From NCBI GenBank assembly GCA_003693705.1, contig RBZT01000499.1:62001-126000 (forward strand): a DNA stretch of 64,000 nt. Reading direction: 5' to 3'. Shown in pieces: positions 42,577 through 55,282 of the stretch. Origin of the DNA: Polymyxa betae A26-41 (lineage: Eukaryota; Protista; Endomyxa: Phytomyxea). The position numbers and the translations under genes are program-made. How positions within the stretch are numbered: the stretch's first letter is position 1; each line of letters starts with the position of its first letter. The notes beneath the pieces are model-generated. The model was not told where the DNA came from, did not search any database, and saw nothing but the letters and a program-made list of their open reading frames with translations.

Positions 42577-42818
42577 ATGGTACTGCAAAAAGACCTGTGA
42601 CGATAATCTGTTTTCAGGCAAAACGCGTTTCTGAAGAGTGGAATGACGGATATTGGAAATTTGAACGTAGAAACTCCTCTGCATCTCTGAAAAAGAAAGT
42701 GGATTTCAGCCAGCCTTTCGAATCGCAGAGGCTATCAATCCCGGGTTCCACTTCCACTCTCAAGCCCGAAAGAGGTCTGGATGCAATGGCCATGCCGCCC
42801 AAACCAAGCTCAGCATGA
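42577..42818 (+). CDS. Hypothetical ~67-aa microprotein
   Basis: ATG, then a 39-nt intron (gtactg...ttttcag), then the open frame AKRVSEEWNDGYWKFERRNSSASLKKKVDFSQPFESQRLSIPG...PPKPSSA*. No homology recognised. Confidence 0.35.
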
Positions 42819-42965
42819 CTGGCTTCCAGCATGAATCATATTTCTATAAAATGATGTTATGAGAAGGTGTTTTGAGAATGACAACTTTTATGAGAGACGA
42901 AATGACGAATAACTAATGTGCGCCTCCTCCTCCTTATTAATCATTTCTCTATTGTATTTGTCATC

Positions 42966-44027
42966 ATGTCGTACGCCGGCGGGTATGGCATGAACACCAT
43001 GTCTCCCTACAAGGTTGATCGCTGAGTCCACCTTCGGTCTCATGCTGAAAGAATGCACAGGCTGGTCCCGGTGGATTTGACAATGCTGCTTCGTTCGCTG
43101 GAGGCGGCTTTTTCACATCGCCATCTGCTGGCGGTCAGATGCGCTTCTCTCAAGATCCATCTGGTGGACGACCGAACAACAATGAACGTACTCTTACCCC
43201 AGTCACGATTAAGCAGATTCTCAATGCTAGTCCATCACCAATGAATGACTGTTGGTAGTTTCTGTCATTTGTGGACTTTTGTCTGCTTACATGGGGTTTT
43301 TAGCGAAATTTCTTGTGGATGGCCAAGAATTGAACCAGATCAAAATCGTTGGAGCCATTATCAATGTCAATGTATCGACGCTGTAGATTTTGTTTCTTTC
43401 ACTTAAATTACATTTGTTCAGGTACAAAGTACCAACATTGCATACACTATCGATGATAGCACCGGATTAATTGATGTGAAAATTTGGCAAGGAGAGGCAG
43501 AGGACGATAGCGAGCAGCAAAAGCAGCGACAAAATCTGGTACCTGGAGTATATGCTCGCATTTTCGGCAAAGTTCAAGAATTTAACAATACTAAGACGAT
43601 CAGTGGGTTCTGTATTCGCCCACTCACCGATTTCAATGAAATTGCAAGCCATCTAGGTACTGAAATGGTGTCCGTCATCTGACAGCTGTTAACCGCTAAT
43701 GTAGCTCTTTGCGCTCTAACTCACTTGAAGCATACAAAAGGTGACGCAATCCAGGTCACTGACTCTTATGCGAATGGTGCTGTGGGGAATATCGCTCAGA
43801 CTAATCCGAATATGATTGGATTGTCGAACCTACAAAATGCAATCATGAACGTGTTTAGAGGAAATATTATTTCGGAAAACGGGTTATCAGTTTATGAAGT
43901 CAAGCAAAGGATTGGTGGCAGCTACAGTCATGATGAAATCAAAGCTGAACTATCATTCATGGCTCAAGAGGGTCATCTTTATTCAACATGCGATGAAGAT
44001 CATTTCAGTCCAACTGGGACGCTTTGA
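42966..44027 (+). CDS. RPA2: Replication protein A 32 kDa subunit
   Basis: Gly-rich N-terminus (GGFFTSP), LTPVTIKQI, an OB fold (YTIDDSTGLIDVKIW...IRPLTDFNEIASH) and a C-terminal winged helix (EGHLYSTCDEDHF). Confidence 0.93.
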
Positions 44028-44345
44028 ATAGGATTAAAGCCAATGAAAAGACATTGTTCAAATGCTATTTAACAAAGGTGTCGTTTACTTCTACAATGTT
44101 TTTCTAGAGATATGACACTTTTGTTGGGATATTTTAAACAGTCATTAGCGAAATTCACAATGCCAGAAATGATCTGTCGACCGCGAGAATCATGTGCAAC
44201 AAGGACGTACAGGACTTTCAAATACAGGTCTTTATGATTACCTTCAGTTTAACCACCATCACAAAACTTGTATATTTGTTAAACCCATCAATAGTCATGG
44301 ATGAAAACAGGACTTTATTGGATCACCGTATAGTACGAAAGTGAT

Positions 44346-45065
44346 TTACTGGGTGTTAGAAATGCGAGAAGTCTTGCGGCTGGCTTTTCTCTGAGCCTTG
44401 CGGTCCTTCTCTTCCTTCATACGCAGGTTAACCAGAGCATCGTATTCGTCAGCGGTAGCCTTGCTCTTCTCAATACGAGCACGGCGTTCAGCGATCCAGC
44501 GGCGCTTGCGCTGTAAACGCTGAGGAGTGACCAGACGCTGGATTTTAGGGGCCTTGGTGAAGGTTTTGTCACCCTTGGTGATCTTACGCTTGATAACGTA
44601 GGCGCGGACGTCATCCTCCTTGTCCAAGTTGAACAGCTTACGGATGCGGGTGGCACGCTTAGGTCCCAGACGACGGGGCTTGACGTCATCAGTCAGGCCT
44701 TCGATCTCCTTGTCGCCCTTCTTGGTGACGACCAGATGGACGACAGACAGGTCGGAGCTGACAATGCAACCACGAACCGACTTGCGCTTACGCTCACCCT
44801 TGGTACGGGGCCTGTAGCAGGAGCTGCCTTTCTTCAGCAACAAACGAACACGACCGTTAGTAAGGACACCCTGTTTCATGGGGAAACCCTGTTTGTCATT
44901 TCCTCCCATAATTTTGAAGCTGTATCCGGTGAATTCTTCACCCAAATCGTCACCGTTTACTTCATGGGAGATTCGCTTGTCGTACAAAGCAATCAGTTTC
45001 TTGTCGTCATCGATGGTGATGCATTTTTGCAAGCCCGTCGCCGGGTAAGAGATGTTGAGCTTCAT
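44346..45065 (-). CDS. RPS6: 40S ribosomal protein S6 (intronless)
   Basis: [15 protein letters not shown]...[16 protein letters not shown]...RKSVRGCIV...LGPKRA...[11 protein letters not shown], with strong codon bias. Confidence 0.99.
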   Translation of the reverse strand: MKLNISYPATGLQKCITIDDDKKLIALYDKRISHEVNGDDLGEEFTGYSFKIMGGNDKQGFPMKQGVLTNGRVRLLLKKGSSCYRPRTKGERKRKSVRGCIVSSDLSVVHLVVTKKGDKEIEGLTDDVKPRRLGPKRATRIRKLFNLDKEDDVRAYVIKRKITKGDKTFTKAPKIQRLVTPQRLQRKRRWIAERRARIEKSKATADEYDALVNLRMKEEKDRKAQRKASRKTSRISNTQ

Positions 45066-45300
45066 GACGACGACGGAGATCTCTGTTCAAGCCAAACTGG
45101 ATAAGGCCTGGGAATGCGTGCGGAGTCCGTGGCATCCTATTAGCGCCTGTCTCATATAAAACTCCTGTGTTTTCGCCAGATATTAGATGATTTACTTGGC
45201 TTTACAGTTCTTCATTCTTATTCAGGATTTATTTAGTCTGGTTTAACAAACAATGGCTGGTTAAAATGTTTGGGCTTTTGACAATCAGATAGTTTCGTTA

Positions 45301-46595
45301 TTACAGTAACCCAATGTCGCTCAGAGACCTCCTTATAACAATGTCTTTTACAGCTGTAAATACATGCAGTATATTTTCGCTGTCTGTAGCACACGTTATA
45401 TGAGTGTATACAGGTTTGTTAGCGATCAAATTCCTAGCCTACAGAAACCTCAGGTTAAATGTAGTCCAGCATTTGCTGTTCACTTACTTCAAAGGCTTGC
45501 TTGATGTACTGTGCACATGGTTCAAATTCCTGCTGTCCAAAATATTGTGGAAAGCAAACGTTCAAATGCACAAGCTTAATCTTTTCAGCGAATAGGTCAC
45601 TTTTGTTAAGGAACAGTATGACTGGAGTCGATTGAAACCATTCCGAATTGACAATGTCGCCGAATAGCTGTAAGGCCTCTTGCATCCTATTGGTGGTACC
45701 ATCTTCATATAGCACTTGGTCATAATCATTCATGGCTGCAACGAATATAACCGCTGTTACAGAATCAAAGCAATGGACTAAAACACAAGAGACCCCGAAG
45801 TTAGAGAAATGAACAAGTATGATGCTGTCAACGTACTCCATTTTTTTCGTTCGTTGCGTTGACCACCAACATCAAACATCTGAAATCTGCTGTTCTCGAT
45901 TTCGAACTCGGTCTCAACAATTCCCGATGTTCTCACTCTTGACCTCAATATATCGTCTTCGGTAGGACAATAAGTAGGGCTACATACTTCATCGATCTTG
46001 TCAAAAAACCAGTTTGAGTTATCCGTCAGCTGGAATTTGCTTCTATTAATAAAGGTCATGCGAACCCCCGGATCAATCCATAACTGTTTGATATGGTATC
46101 CCATTTCAGGAGTTAGTATGCTGTCTGGCCTCAGGGACATAACAGCCTGAGCATGATCGCGGTTTTGAACTTTGATTTGGGTATCTAAATGGGGATATTT
46201 CTGTTTTAAACGTTCCGTATTCCTGACGAGAGTTTGAATAGCCGAGATGACATTAGCAAAAATGATATGGTCGTATTTCTGCCTTTCTTCTTTAGTATAC
46301 CCATGACCGTATAGTTTATTTATCTGCCTAGTAACAACATTGAGTTTGGCACATCAACATAAATGCGAAATAGAAACAATGGGTACGAACACAGTCCAAA
46401 TCAAAGATGAAAAAATGCATGAGCTTACTTGAACAGAGTGCTCTTTCCAGATTCACCTGCACCAAGCAGCAGAAGTTTTTTTACTTCTGCAGCGGCAGCC
46501 ATTTCTTTGGCAGCTGCAGACTCGATATCTTTCGAGTGAGCCTGCTCTCGCATCCATTCGGTTGCAAGACATGTCATGCCGCATATGCCAACCAT
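45301..46595 (-). CDS. Heterotrimeric G-protein alpha subunit
   Basis: G1 [18 protein letters not shown]2 [10 protein letters not shown]3 [13 protein letters not shown]4 FLNKSD, G5 TCATD, C-terminus SLSDIGLL*. Confidence 0.95.
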
Positions 46596-46973
46596 TTCTT
46601 CCTCGTGATCAACAATCGGGGAGTTACTTCGAGGTTTGGGCCCCTGAGGGCCCGACTCGATTCGATGCAGGATTGATGCAGACTACGCCAATACTTATTA
46701 ATTCTGCTGGAAACAGGGTGAGTGCATAGACTCCCCAGCTGCAATTGATCAAGCCCTTTGGCAATTTTCAGTCGCCACCCAATAGGAAATATCTCGGTCG
46801 ACGGATCGATCTAACTGATGGGAGGATCGTGCCATGGAAATCTGGAAGAAAGCTTATTTATATCCTACAGGTCTCTTATAGTGTTCTGTATGCAACCAAT
46901 AAAACTCTGCCTATATTATGTCATTACCTGTAATGAATATACCGCGTACACCAGCATTGTCTCTCTTTCTTCA

Positions 46974-48492
46974 ATGAAGAAGAGACATCAGGTCTTCGGC
47001 TCTAATGATAATGAACACCATCTGACATCTCTTGTTCGACTGCAAGAGTCGTATGGAACTGGTCTTTGGAAAAAAGAGATTACGTTCAGAATCGGCGCAG
47101 TGCATCCGGTCGAACGTTCCAGCTGGACCAAGGTTCTCTTCCCACAGATTTGTTTCTCTTGTTAGACTCAAAACGGAATCTGGGTGCTTAGGAGCTTCTC
47201 TCGCTTGTTTTGCCTCATGGATATCCGGATTCAGTAACTCCTGATTATGTTCCATTTCAGTTTTGGGATACAGTTCAGGCGTTATCGACTTATCTACGAG
47301 GCATTCTCTGTAGGATGGAATCAGCAATCTTTTTTTGAACTCGAGTTGATTCGGGTTAGGCCAGCAATCCTTGCTGTTAGGCCTTGGAGTTGGCGATGCA
47401 TCGGCTAGTGCCGTATCAGCAGCATTGTCGTGGACGTTCCTCTGTATTGAAGATGGCAAAGTTCTTTGGGTTGATAGCTGATTCGTTCTTAGCAGGAATC
47501 TCAATGCTAGGTGGAATTATCTTCGCTTTTCAGATATCGGTCGAATTTGGAGCAGATCCTAAACGCTGGAGACTGTTTGCAGAGTAGGCATCGATCTAAT
47601 GTATTCTTTTGGCTCTAATCTTTTTCTAAGCGTTATCAATGATGTGGGTTTAACTTTAACTTTATTTGCACCGGTTGCAGGGCCTTTGTTCTTGATATTG
47701 GCAAGTCTGGGGTCTGTCTGCACAGCTATTTGTGGCGTCGCTGCAGGCGCTACAAAGGCTGCTATCGCTCAGCATTTTGTAAAACAAAAGTCGAATGCCG
47801 CATTGATATCCGACCTTCATGCCAAGGAGGGCACACAGGAAACAATTGTCTCGATTTCTGGGCTGGTTTTAGGTTCTGCTTTAGCATATTTTATCGGCGA
47901 ATCGCTGCTTCTTCGCTGGATTGTATTCCTTTCTTTAACGGCGATTCACATTTTCGCTAATTACTATGCTGTTTTCTCTCTTTGCTTCAATACGTTGAAT
48001 GCACAGAGAGCGTTGATATTGATCGATCATTTCAGTAAAGTCGGCACTGTTTTGAATCCTTCTGAAGTATCCAGTCGCGAGCTTGTTTGGAGAAGGGCTG
48101 CATTAGCTCCAATCGCAATGGGAATACCTTTGCATTCATTAGTGTAAAAACGCCCACAGCAAATTTCATTCTATCTGATCTGTTGTAGATATAACGAAAA
48201 GACATATGAATGGTATCAAACTATAATTGCACAAGATCCTTCCAGGCGCTATATTGTGCATGAAAGCACAGGCAGAGTGAACGTTCTATTGCATGAGTAT
48301 GCAGACGCCACAGATATATTGCAGGCATATTTTGAAGCGAACCGTGCACAGAAGCTTGGGGTCAGTGCAGCTAGGAATGAGTTTGATTCAATTTTTCCTG
48401 TATTCTTCACCGAGTTAAAACAGAAAGGATGGGTCGTAGATCAGATGATGATTCCTGATGAAAGTTGGCGGTGTCACTGGAATAAGCAATAG
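46974..48492 (+). CDS. RUS1/RUSF1 (DUF647) family membrane protein; start uncertain
   Basis: Motifs LPHGYPDSVTPDYVPFQFWDTVQALSTYLRGIL, ADPKRWRLFA, CGVAAGATKAAIAQHF, DLHAKEGTQET, HIFANYYAV..L.FNTLN.QR. Confidence 0.88.
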
Positions 48493-48520
48493 TTTAATGA
48501 CTGCAAAGTACATCAGAATG

Positions 48521-49063
<543 letters not shown>

Positions 49064-50008
49064 TTACTCTTAGTTCAGGCCGTCCAGCGGTTCAGACTTC
49101 ACTCACTAGAGGCACACTGCACAGAGGGCAGCAATCATCCCAGGTAACGTTATCCAAGAACATACAGGGCCAGCATATCAGAGGCAGCGAGCTTCCTGTC
49201 AAATGCCAATTTGACGTCGGTGAGAACAGCAGAATTCAGCATAACCACGATCTGGGGACCAACGCGACACGAATAATTTGGAATCAGCAATTTCTAATGG
49301 TTCCCAGGAGCGGATCATCTTGCTTCATTGCTCCCGACTGCCGTTGTTTCTGAAAATTCTGGCTCCTGTATTCATTTGAATCGTGATAGATTCAGCTCTA
49401 GAAACTATTCCTTGAATCTAATCAGTTTAATACAATTTACTAAAATCTTACTACGTTCCTCCAGGCGAATGATTGGCATGATACTAGCATGTACTGTCAA
49501 GAATGACTTTCAGACTGACGATTTCTAATATAATGACAGACCCAAAGTGCAGTTACTGCATGAAAAAACACCAGGACCATGTTTTAACTAAAGCTTATCC
49601 AATCTAATGGATAATTGATCCGTAGAGCTTGCCTTATTTAATTGTTTTTTCTGAACGAATGATTCGACATTAATTAGCTGGCACTTTTACTGAGCTGAAA
49701 GCTTGCTCGTCTGAGCTTAATACAAGTCACTTCAATCAAAAACCGGAGTATTTCAGTTCTGCTCCAAAAACAGATTAAGATTTCACAGGTGAATTCAATA
49801 AAACGCTTCTCCACCAGTTGACTGAGCGCTCGTCTTTTTCTGAGAGCGCTCTGTCATATGATTTGCAAGTGTAATCATGTACTTCGGTCGCATGATTTGC
49901 AACCAAAACGAGGGTATTGTCCGAGTAAACGCAATCCAAGAAAAGTCTAAGCAAATAGCTCTTTTATTGAGAAGTTTCTTTGAATATTGAGTTGAGTGGA
50001 TTGTTTCG

Positions 50009-52854
50009 TTACGCTTCGTTATCAGTTTCGTTTGTGTCCGTAAATCTTGATACAAACATTTTGATAAAGTCCAGCGGTATGATGAGAAGAAAAGCCCAGA
50101 ACCAGGCGAAGATGGCAGTCGCTGGACCCACGCCTGCGAAGTACGTACGCGCTGAAAAGATTCTTCCAAAACCGAGCGTCCCCAACAAAGTCGAGATCAG
50201 CTGGGCAGCAAAAAAAGCGAAAATGAGCCAGTTGCTAGGTCGAGAACGCCACATGGAGCCTTTTGTTCTGGCCGAAAAAATGACTGCATGACCGGTAATC
50301 GAGACGACCAGATAGATGAGACTTCGAAGCTTAGCGAGCCGTGTTTGCTGGACACCACATACAGCTTGTGCTAATGCCGCAAGACAGACATTTGTCTCTG
50401 CACCGCCATTTCTCGTCTCCTGATAATATCTCCAAACATTGTTTTCATATGCGGCCTTGTTCGTCAGAACAGCACTATTCCGACATTCGCTCAATCCGAC
50501 CGGAACCGGACTGAACCAGAGCTCCCAGTTGCATACCGGATCACCACGTCCATCTGTTCGAAACGGGCTTCCATACGACTTCAATGAATCGAGTTTGAGC
50601 ACAGTGAAGATTGAGCTATGACGAGCGAGAACGAAGAGAAGCAATGTGCCTAATGACAACCATACACCGAGGGCGAACGCATGAATGAAAATTGAACGTA
50701 GGTTCCAGCGTTCAGGTTGAGAGGAGCGGGCGGTGTTATCCTTGGAGATAGTCATCAACGCACCATGATTCAGCACCGTCATAATCAAGATGCAGAACGC
50801 CGGGAAGTACCAATCGTAGAATAAAGTCAACAAACCGAAGGTTAATACGATTTGGACGGTGGCGACTAAGTTGAACAGAACGTACGCGTGAATACGACGG
50901 AAAATGGTTCGGCTCAGCATCACAGCTTCAATGATAACAGCCAGACCTAAGACAGAATGTTAGACCTGTTTGAGAATGTATTTAATTTGTCATTACCTGG
51001 TACTAACAAAACGACATCAGAGGCGGATCGAGCTGATACGACCGAACCAGGAACGGCGATGCCAATATCGGCTTTCTGCAACGCTGCACAATCATTGACG
51101 CTGGTCCCAGATATACCGACAATATGGTCGCGCTTCTGCAGACGATCGACGATCGAGAATTTGTGCTTCGGGAACAGTTCTGCGAATCCATCTGCATTCT
51201 CAACGGCAGCAGGCTCGGAGTTCTCTTCAACAGCTGCACCAGTTTGCAGGTTTGATGGGACTCCCAGAATTTTACACGTCTCGACGGCGCTGGCCAGCTG
51301 CTCGCCGGTAACCAGTTTGACGTCGACGCCAATCTCTTTGGCGTCTTGAAGCGAGTTGGCACAATCAGCTCGAAGCGGATCCTTCATGGCCAATAATCCG
51401 ACCAATTCCCAGTTCACTTTGTCAATAGGCATATCAGCAGGATCTCGAGATACTGCAACACCAAGTACACTGTGCCCGCGACCGGCAAGATCACTGATCT
51501 TCGTTTCAATTTCACTCTTGAGAAGCTCGGAATACTGGTCCATCATCATCATGACCCAAGGAGCACCTTTAGCAGCTCGGAACGTGTTGCCATTAGCGCG
51601 AACTCGAACGGAAGCGATGGTTCGTTTCTGGAGTGGATCGAAAGGAACGTAATGGAGGCGTTCGAGCTCAACCCAAAGCGTATCCTTCTGAGGACAGGAC
51701 TCGGTCACGACCTTGTCGATGTCGTCGGTAGGTTCAGGCTCAGCAGCGACGGCGGCATAGAACAGGACCTCTTCGACTTTGTGACCATTGACAGCAACCG
51801 TTTCCGATTCAACAATCTCAGCCTGGCCAGTACAGATTGTACCGGATTTGTTGGCGCAGAGAATATCCATGGACGCCAGCTCTTCGATTGCGGTCAAACG
51901 ACGAACAATGATATTTCTTTTGGCGAGGGCGATCGCACCAAGCGCCATAATCATCGACAATACTGTTGGCATGGCGATCGGTACAGCACCAATGATCAAA
52001 ACCATCACGTTGGCGACGGCACTTTTCCATGGACGGGCTCGAATAAAGACCTGGACCACGATCTCCAAAACGATCATAACGGCAATGAAACTGATCGAGA
52101 AGTTTCCAATGTTCGTCATAATGCTTTGTAGACGACCTTTGTGACGCTTACTGAGAAGCTCGACTGCTTTACCAAAGAAGGTTTCGTTGCCGATTGCAAA
52201 GACGACAGCCTCGCCGGTCCCCGTCTTAATTGCAGCTCCACTAAAGCAGACGTCTCCCTGATTTTTGTTCGATGATTTCTCTTGACCAGTAAGTGCTGCT
52301 TCATCACAACGTAGAACACCATTGGTAAGAAGTTTACAATCTGCAGGTACAACATCCCCGTCCTGAATTGATACGACATCGCCAATTGTCAGCTGTGACG
52401 CGTAGATCTCCCGCCAGGTACCGCCCCGTTTCACATGGCATTTCAATGCCAGCTGATCCTTGAGTTGTGAGGCGGCATTCGATGACGTATTATCGCCATA
52501 GAAACAGATTAGAGCGTTGATGACCAACATGAGAACAATGATGGAAGCGTCCATCCATTGGCCGAATATCAGGGCGACGAGTACGGCCAGCTCCAACATC
52601 CAGGCTAATGGGTTCCATAGAAACCACAACGTTGATCTCAGACGGCTCGGCTGATCAACGTTGATCTCGTTGGTGCCGTACAGCGATTGCCGGGCGGAGA
52701 TCTCCGACTCAGATAAGCCATCGGGCGACGACTTCAATTTGGCGAGGGCGTCCTCAACCGACATCTGCTGCCATTCGACAAAGTTTGCATTTGATTCGAT
52801 TTCGTTTTGACCGATGCTGTCGACGACGACGCTGTCCTTGTCGGCAGCCGTCAT
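50009..52854 (-). CDS. P3A H+-ATPase-like protein with substituted catalytic residues (predicted inactive pseudo-pump), ~931 aa, single intron 50947-50996
   Basis: Full P3A architecture (FLWNPLAWMLE, VPADC, TFFGKA, VPIAMPTVLS, LTAIEELASMDILC, PFDP, KGAP, DPLR, ADGFAELFPKHKF, PERWNL). Key motifs are altered: CANKSGT, LTGQE, VTGEQ, GISGTSVND and VLNHGALMT. Confidence 0.9.
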
Positions 52855-53175
52855 CGGACGCGATGATTTGGGGGTTAGATACGACTCAAGATCGTGACGC
52901 TGGACGGCGTCTCAGATTCAGGTGGAAATTTTCAGTGTTCGATGATGATGGTCCGTCGGAAGTGGACATGATGTCAGGAGTCATGCTTCCGGGTGTGTTT
53001 ATCCATTAATGATGATTTCAGGTTTTGTATACCTGAGACTATGAATGAAATCAGCTAAAGTCAATATGATGATGATGATCATGATGCTGTAAGTAATAAT
53101 GCCAATGAGAGGAGCTACGGACTCTTAGCAGTCCTGATTTCATCAGATTTCATTGAAGATCAGAATCTCATCGAA

Positions 53176-54846
53176 ATGGCCAGCGGGCTCAGTAATGATG
53201 ACTTCCGCAAGATTATGGCCACGCCTCGTCATGTCGACATCGAGGAAACGCCCAGGAGATCGACGATGTCGTCGGGATTTGCCAAGCCGACCGCTCCGAA
53301 GCCGACCAAGCTGCGACCCGTAAAGTCCAGCCAACCTGAAAGTCTTTTACCGCCTGGATATAGAGATAGGGCTCAGGGTCTCTTGCTAGTATTGTCAGCG
53401 ACTTGCAACTAATAGTCAATATCTAGAGAGGAGAGAGCGGGAGCAAGCTGGCATTGAAGTGGCTCCTATTGAAAATGAACAGATCACAGCCGAAGATATC
53501 GAGGCACTACCCGATCATATGAGCAAATATTTGGGAGGGGATGAGAATCGAACTCATCTTGTCAAAGGACTGGATTATCTTCTGTTAGAGCAATCACGTG
53601 AGAAAATACAGAAAGATGAAGAACTTAAGCTGGAGAAAGCGATGGCTCAAGCTGCAGCAACTGTTGACTCCAGTGTAAATTTTTTTGCTCATTCTACAGC
53701 GCTCTGATCCGTTTCCAGAAAACGGAGCCACAAGAATCGTCGGACTCATTAACATTTAAAACATCAATGGCAAGGAATATTTATAACAAATGCATTGAGC
53801 AAGCTGGGAATCGGGTGAACGTTGGCCATCAAACTTCGGCATTTCAGCCAGGTATCGAGAGTCAATCTGGTCAGTTGTGAGATTTTTGATTTACAAATAC
53901 AGGCAGAACTGTCTACGAATTCGAAACGGACACATTCGGAAGTGCAACAGTGCCGACTATTTTGTGTCGAAGTGAGGAAGATTGTGGCCCTATCATCCAT
54001 CAAGTTCCAACAAGTTAGTGGGAAAGGTTTGATTTTGCTGTTTCAAGTGATGCCTCGTTTATCTCTTCTCTTTCTTATCACTGCTCTAATATGATCACGT
54101 AGAGTTACCTCCTGAAACTTGGTCAAGACTAGAAGAGGCCATGAACTGCATCCGCTCCGGCGTGAAACCTCGAAAATCCGAGCCGATTGTGAATGCGCCT
54201 TTAGCAGCGCCAACCAAACCGTCGACTGTCACCTTCGATGATGACGATGAGTACTCAGTAGTTATTTAAATGGTCGCCGCTATCTAACTCTTTGAGTAGC
54301 ATTTTCGCTGATGTTGGTGATTACGTTTGTGAGCCTCGCGATGCTAATGCTGCCCCCCTCTCATCCGATCGAGTCGTATTCGCACCCGATGCAGACGCTT
54401 CCGGACCTGTTGAAGAACCGAAGGTATCCATGCGAGATGCAATTATGCAAGCAAGATCTACAGCCGGTCAATTTGGTGTCTTCGAAAAGAATCTTCAATC
54501 AGAAGAACCGGAAGCAGAAGAGAGCGAACAGAAAACAGAATCGGCAGCTCCTGATACGGAGAAGAAAGCTAGCAGATTGCTGTCTATGATGGATGACTAT
54601 GATGAATATACTGCTGGGGCTCAGATGGGCTATGATAGCGATGAAGAAATGATGACGACTGCTGAAAAGAAACCAGGACAACTGTCGGCCACGAAGATCA
54701 GCAAAGGGAAAGCCAGAGAAAAGCAGAAACTGAACTCGCAATGGCAGCAGATCAGCACCATGCTGGATAAGAAGAAAGATTCCAAACGTCGTAGTGAACC
54801 TGCAGAAGATACAGGACTACATAAGAAATCGAAATCTGATTATTAA
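53176..54846 (+). CDS. IK: Spliceosomal protein RED (IK) homolog
   Basis: Motifs LSNDDFRKIMATPR, YRDRA, SKYLGGDENRTHLVKGLDYLLL, SIFADVGDYV and C-terminal KQKLNSQWQQI. Confidence 0.9.
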
Positions 54847-55282
54847 ATATTATTAATTCATATTGAATTGATAAGAATGGGCTCAATGCTACTACAGTAC
54901 ATGTTTGCTGCTATTTCAGTATAACAAGTGAAAGTTCATAGTTTTACGATTCATTTGATGATGGCAATAATCTGTCAGAAGCACGACATTTCATTGTTTA
55001 TACAATGTATCATCTTCAATAATTCATTCCTGCAGCAACAGCTCGAGTTTCCAAGGAATGCAGGATCGAATGAATTTTTAAGTTCCAAAAGCCATTCGTA
55101 GAACAATTATTTGGACATCCGTTGGTAAAGAACTCAGTAGATCAGTTTTGCTTGCAACGATTATAACCACAATCTTTTCCTTTCTGGCTTCATCGAACAT
55201 CAATCTGCATCCGGGCCGATCTTCGCCGTGGACGGGGGCCAGTATCAATCGCTGGGCGGACTGCCACCCGCCCCTGGGTTCC

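Noticed and set aside
50957-52144. Several long + strand ORFs (up to 219 aa) opposite the ATPase-like gene
   Set aside because: Antisense shadow ORFs are expected from GC3-rich codon usage.
50009-52854. Calling the second ATPase a pseudogene
   Set aside because: There are no stops or frameshifts, the single intron is canonical, and the substitutions concentrate on catalytic residues while structural motifs persist.
53005-53145. ATGATGA...CTGA arrangement resembling a C/D-box snoRNA upstream of RED
   Set aside because: The C-box-like matches arise from a (GAT)n microsatellite-like tract, and I could not identify a convincing rRNA-complementary guide.
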